Source: an uncultured Acidobacteriota bacterium
Lineage (GTDB): Bacteria > Acidobacteriota > Thermoanaerobaculia > Gp7-AA8
DNA length: 64,000 nt
NCBI GenBank assembly: GCA_963741955.1
Contig: CAVUKB010000004.1
Coordinates: 64,001-128,000 of the forward strand
Direction of reading: 5' to 3'
Under the pieces are notes generated by a model that ran no database searches, was not told where the DNA came from, and saw nothing but the letters and a program-made list of their open reading frames with translations. Position numbers and translations under genes: made by a program. Shown here piece by piece: positions 20,456-29,742 of this stretch (positions within the stretch are counted from its first letter, which is position 1; each line of letters starts with the position of its first letter).

Positions 20456-20534
20456 CTAGAGGCTCGGGGTTCGGGGCTCGGGAACGTCCGACTTGTCAGA
20501 CACGTCAGACGCGTCAGACGCGTCAGACGGGTGG

Positions 20535-20611
20535 GACAGACTATTCTTCTGTCTAGTGGCTACAATACGGAATAAAATACGCCAAAAGTCGAACAATACA
20601 GAATATTATTC
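20535..20611. promoter_or_regulatory. AT-rich 15-bp motif, 3 copies at 31-bp period
   Basis: GACAGACTATTCTTC (20535), TACGGAATAAAATAC (20566), TACAGAATATTATTC (20597). Confidence 0.5.
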
Positions 20612-20675
20612 GCCTCTCGCCTCTCGCCTCTCGCCTCTCGCCTCTCGCCCCGAGCCCCGAGCCTCGAGCCTCGAA

Positions 20676-23186
20676 TCAGTGTTCCGTGATCCGGAACCGC
20701 TTCACTTCTGTCTCGAACTCACCCGCGCTCGTCGCGAGCCCGCGCACCGTCTGGTTGAATTCCTGCGCGATCGCGTCGTTCTTCTGCGCGATGGTGAGCA
20801 TGGTGCTCGAAGCGTTGGCGATGCTCTCGGTGTCGACCAGCTGACGCTGCAGCAGATCGCGAATGGTCCGGAAGTCCGAGGCGATCGCTTCCATCGCCAG
20901 GGTGATCCCCCGTCCTGCGACCGACTGTTCGTGCGTCGCTTCCTTGACCCGCAGCGCGATCTCCCGGATCCGCTCCGATTCCTCCGACAGGAGTCTCGCT
21001 CCGGTCGCCTGCTCCCGGGTCGAGCGATGAATCTCGGCGATGTGGTCGGACATCTTCGAGGTCACTTCGTGCAGATGCCGGCTCGCCTCGGCTTGTTCGT
21101 GCAGCGAGGTGGTGATCTTGTTGGCCATCGAGTACGAGCTCTCCGCACTCTGCTGGATTTTCCCCAGAGACTGGGAGGCCCGCTCGGAGATCTCCACGTT
21201 GTGGTTCACCTGGACCAGCCCCTCGTGCATCGCGCGGACCGCGTCCTGCGATCCGGCCTGCACCGTCTTGATGATCCCGGCGATCTCCTTGGTGGACCCT
21301 CGCGTCTTCTCCGCGAGCTGACGGATCTCGTCCGCGACGACGCTGAATCCCGCGCCGTGCTCGCCGGCCTGCGCGGCGATGATCGCCGCGTTGAGCGCGA
21401 GGAGATTGGTCTTGTCGGTGATCTCCTCGATCACCGTGAGGATCTGGCTGATCTGTCCGATTCTCTTCTGCAGTTCGTCCAGAAGCGCGGCCGCACGCTC
21501 GGTCGATTTCTGCGCCACGCCGGCGCCTTCCACCGTCTCGCGCACCGCGTCGCTTCCTGCCGTCGCGTCCTCGCGGACCTGGTGGGAGATCTCCGAGGTC
21601 GTCTCGGAGGTTCGGCGCAGCTCCTCGACGGTCGAATCCATCTCCGTGACGAAGGCCAGCACCTCTTCACTGATCTGTGCGAGAAACTCGGTGCGCGACG
21701 ACATCTCGGTTGCCGACGCGTCCATCTGATTGACGGAGGACGAAGTTTTCTCGACCGAGTTGAAGAGATGATCCATGTTTTTCGCGACCTCTTCGGCCGA
21801 GGCCTGCATCTCGGTCGCGCGACTGGCGGAATCCTGAGTCGACTCGCTGACCTTGTCCGCCGCCATCAGCACGGACTGCGCACCGTTGCGGACGTTACTC
21901 AGAGCGCCGGTCGAGCTTTCCGTCAGCGAAGCCTGCTCGCGCGCGTGCAGCAGAAGGGTGTCGGTTCCTCCGGTGATCACCCGCACTCCCTCTGTGATCA
22001 CGGTCCCGCTCCCTCCGACCCTCCCGATCAGCGTTCGCAGGTTGATCCGCGTCGCCTCGAAGCTCTCCGCGAGCGCACCCACCTCATCGTCCGAGAAGAT
22101 TCGCTGTGTTCCGTCGAAGTCTCCCTGCGCCATTCGCGCCGCCAGATCGCTGATGCTGCGCAGCGGCGCGGAGAGATCCCGCGAAAGGAGCCACGTGGCG
22201 AGGGTAAAGATCAGAGTCGTGATGATCGCGATCAGGATTCCATAGAAGCCCACCTGCAGCGGAATCAGCTCGTAAGGTTTCCATGGAACGCTCAGCATCA
22301 GGATCGAGTGGTCCGCGAGCTCGCGGAAGCTTCCGACGTTCGGACCGATGAACCGGAGGCTGTTCCCGTTTCGTACCCGGCGGATCGTGTCGACTTCCAC
22401 TTCGGTCGGCTCCGGTCCGGTGGAGACGGCGGACCCTCCTCGAGGTACGAGAATCAGCGAGAAATTCGAAGGGATGGACTTCTGCAACGTCTCCAGCTTC
22501 GCGTCGTCGAGAGGGAGTTCCCTCTCCGCCGTAGCCAGCACCTGATCGAACTGCGGCCGGTTCGACGTGATCGCGAGCTCCTCCAGGGTAGTGGAGACGC
22601 GGGACGAGATCAGGAGTACCAGCGCCCCCATCGCAACGATGAAGAAGCCGATGAAGACGATCGCGATCTTGACCGCGAACGAAAAGCGACGGCCGGTATA
22701 CCGGATGTCCCGCTCCGGCGGTATCGCGAGGATCAGCAGCCTCTTCGCTTCCCAGTAGCTCCAGCCCATCGCCGATGCGGCGAGAATCAGCGCCGCTTCG
22801 AAGAAATACTCGAACCCGAGGAACGTCCGCATGTAGACCAGCGTTGCGAACGTGCCGAAGAGCAATCCCCCTCCGAGCCAGAGAGCCGCGGCTGCGATCT
22901 CCGTGACCCACAGGCAGCGGCTCATGGCGCCGGAGACGTCGCCTCCGCTGTCGAGGGCTCGCTCGAATCGCGCCGCCCCTTTTCCCGCCGCGATCGCGAA
23001 CGACACTCCCCCGATTCCGTAGATCACCAGAACTGCGCCAGCGAGCGACAGCCATTCATCGAACTGCAGCTGGACGACCTGGGTCAGAAAGAGAAGTGAA
23101 AGGAAGAGGCCGATCCCTGCGGCAGGGAGGAGAAGTCGAAGTGCGTATCTTCGTCCGAAAGACAATACAGACCTCTGTCTCGACAT
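20676..23186 (-). CDS. Methyl-accepting chemotaxis protein with a multi-TM N-terminus and HAMP domain
   Basis: [36 protein letters not shown] hairpin tip; [16 protein letters not shown]; start at MSRQRSV. Confidence 0.93.
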   Translation of the reverse strand: MSRQRSVLSFGRRYALRLLLPAAGIGLFLSLLFLTQVVQLQFDEWLSLAGAVLVIYGIGGVSFAIAAGKGAARFERALDSGGDVSGAMSRCLWVTEIAAAALWLGGGLLFGTFATLVYMRTFLGFEYFFEAALILAASAMGWSYWEAKRLLILAIPPERDIRYTGRRFSFAVKIAIVFIGFFIVAMGALVLLISSRVSTTLEELAITSNRPQFDQVLATAERELPLDDAKLETLQKSIPSNFSLILVPRGGSAVSTGPEPTEVEVDTIRRVRNGNSLRFIGPNVGSFRELADHSILMLSVPWKPYELIPLQVGFYGILIAIITTLIFTLATWLLSRDLSAPLRSISDLAARMAQGDFDGTQRIFSDDEVGALAESFEATRINLRTLIGRVGGSGTVITEGVRVITGGTDTLLLHAREQASLTESSTGALSNVRNGAQSVLMAADKVSESTQDSASRATEMQASAEEVAKNMDHLFNSVEKTSSSVNQMDASATEMSSRTEFLAQISEEVLAFVTEMDSTVEELRRTSETTSEISHQVREDATAGSDAVRETVEGAGVAQKSTERAAALLDELQKRIGQISQILTVIEEITDKTNLLALNAAIIAAQAGEHGAGFSVVADEIRQLAEKTRGSTKEIAGIIKTVQAGSQDAVRAMHEGLVQVNHNVEISERASQSLGKIQQSAESSYSMANKITTSLHEQAEASRHLHEVTSKMSDHIAEIHRSTREQATGARLLSEESERIREIALRVKEATHEQSVAGRGITLAMEAIASDFRTIRDLLQRQLVDTESIANASSTMLTIAQKNDAIAQEFNQTVRGLATSAGEFETEVKRFRITEH

Positions 23187-23220
23187 GAGAGATCGTGCGA
23201 CAGAGGTGGCTGCGGCGCGA

Positions 23221-24723
23221 TCACTCGTCTGCGATGGGTTGCAGTTCCAGGGTTTCCTCTGGCAGCACCGGATATCGGCCGGTAAAGCAAGCGGTGCAGT
23301 ACAGTTCTTCGGGATTATTGACGCCTTCGTCCAGAGAATCAAGCATCCCGGAGGGGGAGAGAAACCCGAGAGTGTCCGCCTCGATGTATTCGCGGATCTC
23401 CTCGACGCTCTTCGAGTTCGCGATCAGCTCCTGGCGCTGCGGCGTATCGATTCCGTAATAGCACGGTCCGGTGGTGGGAGGTGACGAGATCCGCATGTGG
23501 ACCTCCTTCGCTCCGGCCGCCTTCAGCATCTTCACGATCTTCTTCGAAGTCGTTCCTCGAACGATCGAGTCGTCGATCAGGATCACCCGCTTCCCGGATA
23601 CGATCTCCCGCACCGGATTCAGTTTCACCTTCACCCCGAAATGCCGGATCGACTGTCTCGGCTCGATGAACGTGCGCCCCACGTAGTGGTTCCGCACCAG
23701 ACCGAACTCGAATGGAATGCCCGACTCCTGTGCGAACCCGAGCGCCGCAAAAACTCCGGAGTCGGGAACCGGCACGACGATATCCGCCTCGACCGGATGC
23801 TCCTTCGCGAGCTGTGCCCCCAGGCGCTTCCGCACCGCGCCGACGTTGTGCCCGAACACCCGCGAATCGGGACGCGCGAAGTAGACGTGCTCGAAGACGC
23901 AGCGCGCTTCGCGGGAAGCCGCCGTCCGGTGCACGGTTCGGATCACGTTCGTTCCGGAAGGATCGGATTCGAGCACCACGATCTCGCCCGGCTCGACCTC
24001 CCGGATCAGTTCCGCGTCGATCAGATCGAACGCGCAGGTCTCGGAGGAGACCACCAGCGCTCCGTCCAGACGGCCGAGGACGAGTGGACGGAAGCCGTAC
24101 GGATCGCGCGCTGCGAAGACTTTTCCCGTCGTCATCGCCACGATGGAGAACGCCCCCGTCACCTGGGAGAGCGCATCGATCAGCGCCGCTTCGAAGGTCC
24201 GGGCGCCCGAACGGGCCACGAGATGAATGATCGCCTCCGTGTCGGCCATCGTGTTGAAGATCGCCCCTTCGGCTTCGAGCTTCTGCCGGAGGTGATCTCC
24301 ATTGACGAGGTTTCCGTTGTGCGCGATCGCGATCGGTCCCTTGTTCGTCGACGCCACCAGAGGCTGCGCGTTCGAGAGAAGCGACCCGCCGGCCGTCGAG
24401 TAACGCACGTGGCCGATGGCCATGTTTCCGGGCAATCTCTGCAGCCGCTCCTGGGTGAAGATGTCCGCGACGTACCCCATCTCCTTCTCGAGGTGGATCT
24501 GCGGACTCTTCGGAGCGATCAACCGCTCGCCCGTCCCGTCGGTCCCGTCGGCCGTTCCGACATTCCCTGCGGAGGGGCGGGGGTCTGCGGAGAGAGACGC
24601 GATGCCCGCGCTCTCCTGCCCGCGATGCTGCAGCGCGTAGAGCCCGAGGTAGACGAGGTTCGCCGCATCCCGGTGGTGAAGGACGCCGAAAACGCCACAC
24701 TCTTCTTTGAACTTGTCGAACAT
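23221..24723 (-). CDS. purF: Amidophosphoribosyltransferase
   Basis: [33 protein letters not shown] and [10 protein letters not shown] motifs. Confidence 0.97.
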   Translation of the reverse strand: MFDKFKEECGVFGVLHHRDAANLVYLGLYALQHRGQESAGIASLSADPRPSAGNVGTADGTDGTGERLIAPKSPQIHLEKEMGYVADIFTQERLQRLPGNMAIGHVRYSTAGGSLLSNAQPLVASTNKGPIAIAHNGNLVNGDHLRQKLEAEGAIFNTMADTEAIIHLVARSGARTFEAALIDALSQVTGAFSIVAMTTGKVFAARDPYGFRPLVLGRLDGALVVSSETCAFDLIDAELIREVEPGEIVVLESDPSGTNVIRTVHRTAASREARCVFEHVYFARPDSRVFGHNVGAVRKRLGAQLAKEHPVEADIVVPVPDSGVFAALGFAQESGIPFEFGLVRNHYVGRTFIEPRQSIRHFGVKVKLNPVREIVSGKRVILIDDSIVRGTTSKKIVKMLKAAGAKEVHMRISSPPTTGPCYYGIDTPQRQELIANSKSVEEIREYIEADTLGFLSPSGMLDSLDEGVNNPEELYCTACFTGRYPVLPEETLELQPIADE

Positions 24724-24784
24724 GAGATGCCGCCTGCCGGAGATTTTCAGAACATCCGCAATCGCGTGGTTACTCCTCGATTCG

Positions 24785-25050
24785 AGGGGTCGGGGGTCAG
24801 GGGGGGGTCAGGGGTCGGGGATCGAGGAGGTTTCGCGCGGGTTTGAGCTGGTGATGGCCTCATGGAAACATCCGCACCTTCGTGTCCACGAATCTGTTTT
24901 CATGACGATGGAAGGCGGGCTTCCGGATGGGTTTCGCAGAGTTCGAGCTGCGTTCTGCGTACAGTAGAGCGGACGTCACGGTCCCTGTGCCAGCCGCGAC
25001 GGTTCTCCCTGACCCCTGCCCCTGGCCCCCGCGATCTCCGAGCCCGATCC
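24785..25050. repeat. Gene-less heptamer-armed element between purL and purF
   Basis: (GGGGTCA/G)n at 24786-24820 and inverted (TGACCCC/TGCCCCC)-type arm at 25007-25030. Confidence 0.7.
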
Positions 25051-25055
25051 CAAAA

Positions 25056-27338
25056 TCATCTCCCGATCAGCTCCGCCTCTTCGCCCCGGCCGCTGATCAC
25101 GTCCTCGACCGAATCCCCTGCGAGTTGGAGGGCGAGCGAGGTGGACCAGATGCGGCGGAGATCGTCGACGGGTACGCCGATGAGCGGCACTCCTCCACGC
25201 GTCACGCGCACGGTTGTTCCGCCTGTCGTTCCGATGCGCCGGGCTGGGACGTCGAGCCGTTTTGCCGTTTCGAGAACCGCCGCCGTCTTCGCAGGATCGC
25301 AGCTCACCAGCGCCCGAGCCTGCGTTTCGCTGAAGAGGAGCGCCGTTGCGTCGAGATCCGGGGCACAGCCTTCCAGATCGAGATCGCATCCGATTCCGCC
25401 CGAGCACGACTCGGCGACTGCCACGCCGAGACCCCCGTTCGAGAGGTCGTGCGCCGATTCGATCAGCTCTCGCTCGTGAAGCTCCAGGAGCAGCTCGATC
25501 AGCGACTGCTCACGCCCGAGATCGACTCGCGGCGGCGCGACCAGCGCGTCGGGGAAGAACATCTGTTGCCACTCCGACCCGCCCAGCTCATCCGCGCTGG
25601 TGCCGAAGAGAACGACGTCCTTCTTCTCTTCGCGGAATCGCATCGAGCCGCGATGGCCGGCGTCCTCGAGAACTCCCACCATCCCCACCGTCGGAGTCGG
25701 GTAGATCGGTTTGCCTTCGGTTTCGTTGTAGAACGAGACGTTCCCCGAGACGACCGGCGTTCCCAGCTCACGGCATGCCTCGCTGATTCCGCGGATCGCC
25801 TCGGCGAATTGCCACATGATCTCCGGCCGCTCGGGCGAACCGAAATTCAGGCAATCGGTGATCGCCGCGGGCCTTCCTCCCGCACAGGCGATGTTGCGCG
25901 CCGCTTCGGCCACCGCCTGTTTCCCCCCCTCGTACGGATCGAGGTAGCAGTAGACCGGGTTGACGTCGGACGTGATCGCGAGCGCGCGGCGGGTCCCCTT
26001 CACGCGCACGACCGCCGCATCTGCAACCTCCGGCCCCGCGATCGTGTTCGTCCGCACCGTAGTGTCGTACTGCTCGTAGATCCACTTCTTCGAGCAGAGG
26101 TCCGGCGAGGCGACGAGCATCAGGAGGTGCTCCGTCAGATCGTGATCCTCCTGCCGATCTCTTTCGAGCCGCGGCGCGATACGATCTGCCCACTCGGGAC
26201 GCTTCATCGGTCGCTGGTAGACCGGCGCTTCGGTGGAGATCGGTTCCACCGGGATATCCGCGATCTCTTCTCCATTCCAGAAGAGGCGCTCTCTCCCGTC
26301 GGCGGTGACCTCTCCGATCACCGCCGCATCGAGATCCCACTTCTCGAAAATGTCGAGCACATCCTTCTCGCGTCCACGCTTCGCGACGATCAGCATCCGC
26401 TCCTGCGATTCAGAGAGCATGAGCTCGTACGGAGTCATCCCGCTCTCGCGCATCGGAACGCGGTCGAGATCGAGACGGACCCCGGTGCCGGCCCGCCCCG
26501 CCATCTCGAACGACGACGAGGTGAGACCTGCCGCTCCCATGTCCTGGATTCCGACGATCGCGTCGGTCTCCATGAGCTCGAGGCATGCCTCGAGGAGGAG
26601 CTTTTCGGTGAACGGATCACCGACCTGCACCGTGGGGCGTCTCTCCGCCGACTCCTCGTCGAACTCCGCCGAGGCCATCGTCGCACCGTGGATGCCGTCG
26701 CGCCCCGTTTTCGAGCCGACGTAGATGATCGGATTTCCGACTCCGGTCGCTTCGCCTTTGAAGATCTTCCCTTCGCGCGCGATCCCGAGTGCGAAGACGT
26801 TGACGAGGATGTTCCCGTTGTAGCAGGAGTGGAAGGAAGTCTCTCCGCCGAGGGTGGGGATACCGATGCAGTTTCCGTAGCCGGCGATTCCGCGCACCAC
26901 GCCGTCGACCAGATACTTCATCCGTGGTGCGTCGATCGAGCCGAAGCGCAACGAGTCCAGCGTGGCGATCGGACGCGCTCCCATGGTGAAGATGTCGCGG
27001 AGAATCCCGCCGACTCCGGTCGCCGCTCCCTGGTACGGCTCGATGAACGACGGATGGTTGTGAGACTCCATCTTGAACGCCGCGAGCCAGCCGTCGCCGA
27101 TGTCGATCACCCCGGCGTTCTCTCCCGGTCCCTGCACCACGCGCGGACCTTCGGTGGGAAACTTCCGGAGGTGGATCCGGCTCGATTTGTACGAGCAGTG
27201 CTCCGACCACATCACGGAGAAGATGCCGAGCTCGACGTAGCGCGGTGCGCGCCCGAGGATCTGCTCGATTCTCTCGTACTCGTTCTCGGAGAGTCCGTGG
27301 GCGGCGATGACCTGAGGGGTAATCTCGGGATCCTGCAT
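25056..27338 (-). CDS. purL: Phosphoribosylformylglycinamidine synthase subunit PurL
   Basis: [39 protein letters not shown] and [10 protein letters not shown] motifs; start at MQDPEIT. Confidence 0.97.
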   Translation of the reverse strand: MQDPEITPQVIAAHGLSENEYERIEQILGRAPRYVELGIFSVMWSEHCSYKSSRIHLRKFPTEGPRVVQGPGENAGVIDIGDGWLAAFKMESHNHPSFIEPYQGAATGVGGILRDIFTMGARPIATLDSLRFGSIDAPRMKYLVDGVVRGIAGYGNCIGIPTLGGETSFHSCYNGNILVNVFALGIAREGKIFKGEATGVGNPIIYVGSKTGRDGIHGATMASAEFDEESAERRPTVQVGDPFTEKLLLEACLELMETDAIVGIQDMGAAGLTSSSFEMAGRAGTGVRLDLDRVPMRESGMTPYELMLSESQERMLIVAKRGREKDVLDIFEKWDLDAAVIGEVTADGRERLFWNGEEIADIPVEPISTEAPVYQRPMKRPEWADRIAPRLERDRQEDHDLTEHLLMLVASPDLCSKKWIYEQYDTTVRTNTIAGPEVADAAVVRVKGTRRALAITSDVNPVYCYLDPYEGGKQAVAEAARNIACAGGRPAAITDCLNFGSPERPEIMWQFAEAIRGISEACRELGTPVVSGNVSFYNETEGKPIYPTPTVGMVGVLEDAGHRGSMRFREEKKDVVLFGTSADELGGSEWQQMFFPDALVAPPRVDLGREQSLIELLLELHERELIESAHDLSNGGLGVAVAESCSGGIGCDLDLEGCAPDLDATALLFSETQARALVSCDPAKTAAVLETAKRLDVPARRIGTTGGTTVRVTRGGVPLIGVPVDDLRRIWSTSLALQLAGDSVEDVISGRGEEAELIGR

Positions 27339-27402
27339 GCTCGTCGTGGCTCCTGCGCGCGTCGGTCCGGGGCATTCTATCCGACCCGAAGGAGGATCGA
27401 AC

Positions 27403-28077
27403 ATCCCGGCTTGCAACCGGAGCGGCATGGCTTCCGCCGTGCCGGCCGCGGCGGGAGCCGCGGCGCTCCCTTTGAAGACACGAGGACAGCGGCGGGAGGG
27501 GAGAACGAGTGGTTTCGATGATCGTGTTTGATCGCGCGACTCGTTCTAATCCCGGCTTGCCAGTGGAGCGGCACGGCTTCCGCCCTGTCGGCCGCGGCGG
27601 GGGCCGCGGCGCTCCCTTTTGAAGACACGAGGACAGCGGCGGGAGGGGAGAACGAGTGGTTTCGATGATCGTGTTTGATCGCGCGAACCGAATCGATCCC
27701 GGCTTGCCAGTGGAGCGGCATGGCTTCCGCCGTGCCGGCCGCGGAGGGAGCCGCGGCGCTCCCTTTTGAAGACACGAGGACAGTGGCGGGAGGGGAGAAC
27801 GAGTGGTTCCCGCGATCGTGTTTGATCGCGCGACTCGTTCTAATCCCGGCTTGCCAGTGGAGCGGCACGGCTTCCGCCGTGCCGGCCGCGGCGGGGGCCG
27901 CGGCGCTCCCTTTTGAAGACACGAGGACAGTGGCGGGAGGGGAGAACGAGTGGTTTCGATGATCGTGTTTGATCGCGCGACTCGTTCTAATCCTGACTTG
28001 CCAGTGGAGCGGCACGGCTTCCGCCGTGCCGGCCGCGGCGGGAGCCGCGGCGCTCCCTTTGAAGACACGAGGACAGC
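27403..28077. repeat. 147-bp tandem repeat, about 4.6 copies, with a REP-like branched hairpin
   Basis: Units start at 27403, 27549, 27696, 27843 and 27990; core GGAGCG-GCACGGC TTCC GCCGTGC-...-GCCGCGGC GGGA GCCGCGGC-GCTCC. Confidence 0.92.
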
Positions 28078-28897
28078 CTGGGAATATTGGGCGTCACGAC
28101 CGCCCACAGCAGAAAAAGTGCCCACTGAAGCGTCATGATCAGAACGACCGCCACGATCCAGTGTGTGAGGTGTCTTGTCGGAGTCTTCCGAATCGGACGA
28201 TTGAAGACTACCGGCCGGAACGAATCCGGAGCGAGCCGCAGAATACATGACCCCGGAGGGTCCCGGTACTATCGGAAGAGAGTTCGAACGTGAAGCTCGT
28301 CACAGTGACGAGTGATCGCATTGCACAGTCCCAAACGATGTAACCGATTACACAATGTGCTCCCACGCGGCACCGTCACGCACACATCCGCAGTGCAGTG
28401 ACGAACGCCCCCATCCATGGCGTGAACATCGAACAGGTTGAGCTCCTCCGTGCGTCACTCCGGAACGGATATTCTTCCACAGAACGTTCGTTCGGTACCG
28501 TTCCGGATGGTTCGTGAATTCAACACGTTGAATGCTCCTGCACACGTTCCGCGGCATGCCTGCGTATCCCTCTTTCGGGGGATGCGTTCGGATCGCGGAC
28601 GATATTTTTATTGTTGCGTGCTCTGCAATCGCCGAGGTACAGTGCGCGCTCGGTCTCCAAAGCTTCAATTGTCATGCAGTCGAGTCCCTGGGTGCCGGGC
28701 GGGTGTGGCGTCTCTCCATTCATCATGTCTCAGACACTCGCATGTGCCTTCGTGACTGCGCCTCTGTCGTGCAGCGCCTTTGCAGTGACCGGACTGCCCG
28801 CCTGCGGTGACCTCTCGCCGGGGGAGCGATCCGAGGAGGCATCCCTTCTTTGTCCTGCGAAAGCAGGCCGCCCCACGAACCCGATCGAGGAGGTCCC

Positions 28898-29713
28898 GTG
28901 AGTCGCCGATATGCACTTCTCGTCGTCGCGTCCATCGCCTGGATGTTCGCCTTGGCATCCCACGCCGCAGCCGCCGGTCCGCTCTTCCCTCAGCCGATGC
29001 ATCTGACCCGGGAGATCCGCGATCCGTTCACCCGGCGCACGATCCGCGTCGACGAGTACTACGAAGGCGATCGCGCCGTCAGCATCGAGTCGTCGCGCTC
29101 CGTGATCGCCGATTACGCGAAGGGCGAGCTGACGGAGATCGACCGTACCAGAGGAACGTACTCGGTCACACCGTTCGCCGCCGTGGCGAACGCTCGGGGG
29201 GGTGTTCGTACGCAGTCGGATGCATCGCGGGAAGGGAAGCTGGAGGTCGACGCGAAAGGGAGCGAGACCCGCCTGGACCGCTCCGTCGAGCGTTTCGTGG
29301 TTCGCGACGAGAATGCGCATCTCGTCGTCGATGTCGCGGTCGATCCCTCGATCCGGCTCTCCGCCGACGCCCTGGACGTCGTCACGGGCGCAGCGTTCCC
29401 GAGCTCTCCCGATTCGACCTCCGCGGCACTGCGCCGCGCTTCACGCGAGGGAGGGGGGACTCTGACTGCCAACTCGACGGGATCCGGAGGGACGTTCGCT
29501 CTCCCGGTCGAACAGATGCTCACCTGGGATGTCGACGGCGAATCGGTCGAGACGACGAACCGGGTCGTCCGGATCGGATCGGAACGGGTTCCTCCCGAGC
29601 TGGTGACCATTCCGCTCGGAGCGAAAGAGGTCGAGTCGCGGATCCTGCAGCGTAAGCGCCTCGCCGACGAGATCGACTCACTCGGGCATCATCCCACTCC
29701 GAACCGGCCCTGA
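28898..29713 (+). CDS. Secreted hypothetical protein, first gene of the giant-protein operon
   Basis: GAGGAGG RBS and GTG start; signal peptide SRRYALLVVASIAWMFALASHAAA; 29 nt upstream of giant-1. Confidence 0.75.
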   Translation: MSRRYALLVVASIAWMFALASHAAAAGPLFPQPMHLTREIRDPFTRRTIRVDEYYEGDRAVSIESSRSVIADYAKGELTEIDRTRGTYSVTPFAAVANARGGVRTQSDASREGKLEVDAKGSETRLDRSVERFVVRDENAHLVVDVAVDPSIRLSADALDVVTGAAFPSSPDSTSAALRRASREGGGTLTANSTGSGGTFALPVEQMLTWDVDGESVETTNRVVRIGSERVPPELVTIPLGAKEVESRILQRKRLADEIDSLGHHPTPNRP

Positions 29714-29742
29714 AGAGATCACGAAGAAGAAAAGAGGACGCC

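Larger units (their letters stand above)
20241..20675. repeat. Heptamer-armed composite hairpin between convergent murI and MCP genes
   Basis: Left arm (GAGGCTC/GGGGCTC)n, right arm (TCGCCTC)n(GAGCCTC)n; encloses a MITE, GTCAGAC-type 9-mers and the AT-rich motif. Confidence 0.8.

Noticed and set aside
20493-27521. Long plus-strand ORFs (20493-23099, 23497-24846, 24927-27521) and similar ORFs elsewhere
   Set aside because: Antisense shadows of MCP, purF and purL, as expected at high GC3
27403-28077. CRISPR array or repeat-protein gene (ORFs 26617-28248, 27377-28015)
   Set aside because: The whole 147-bp unit repeats with no unique spacers, and the ORFs are translations of palindromic DNA
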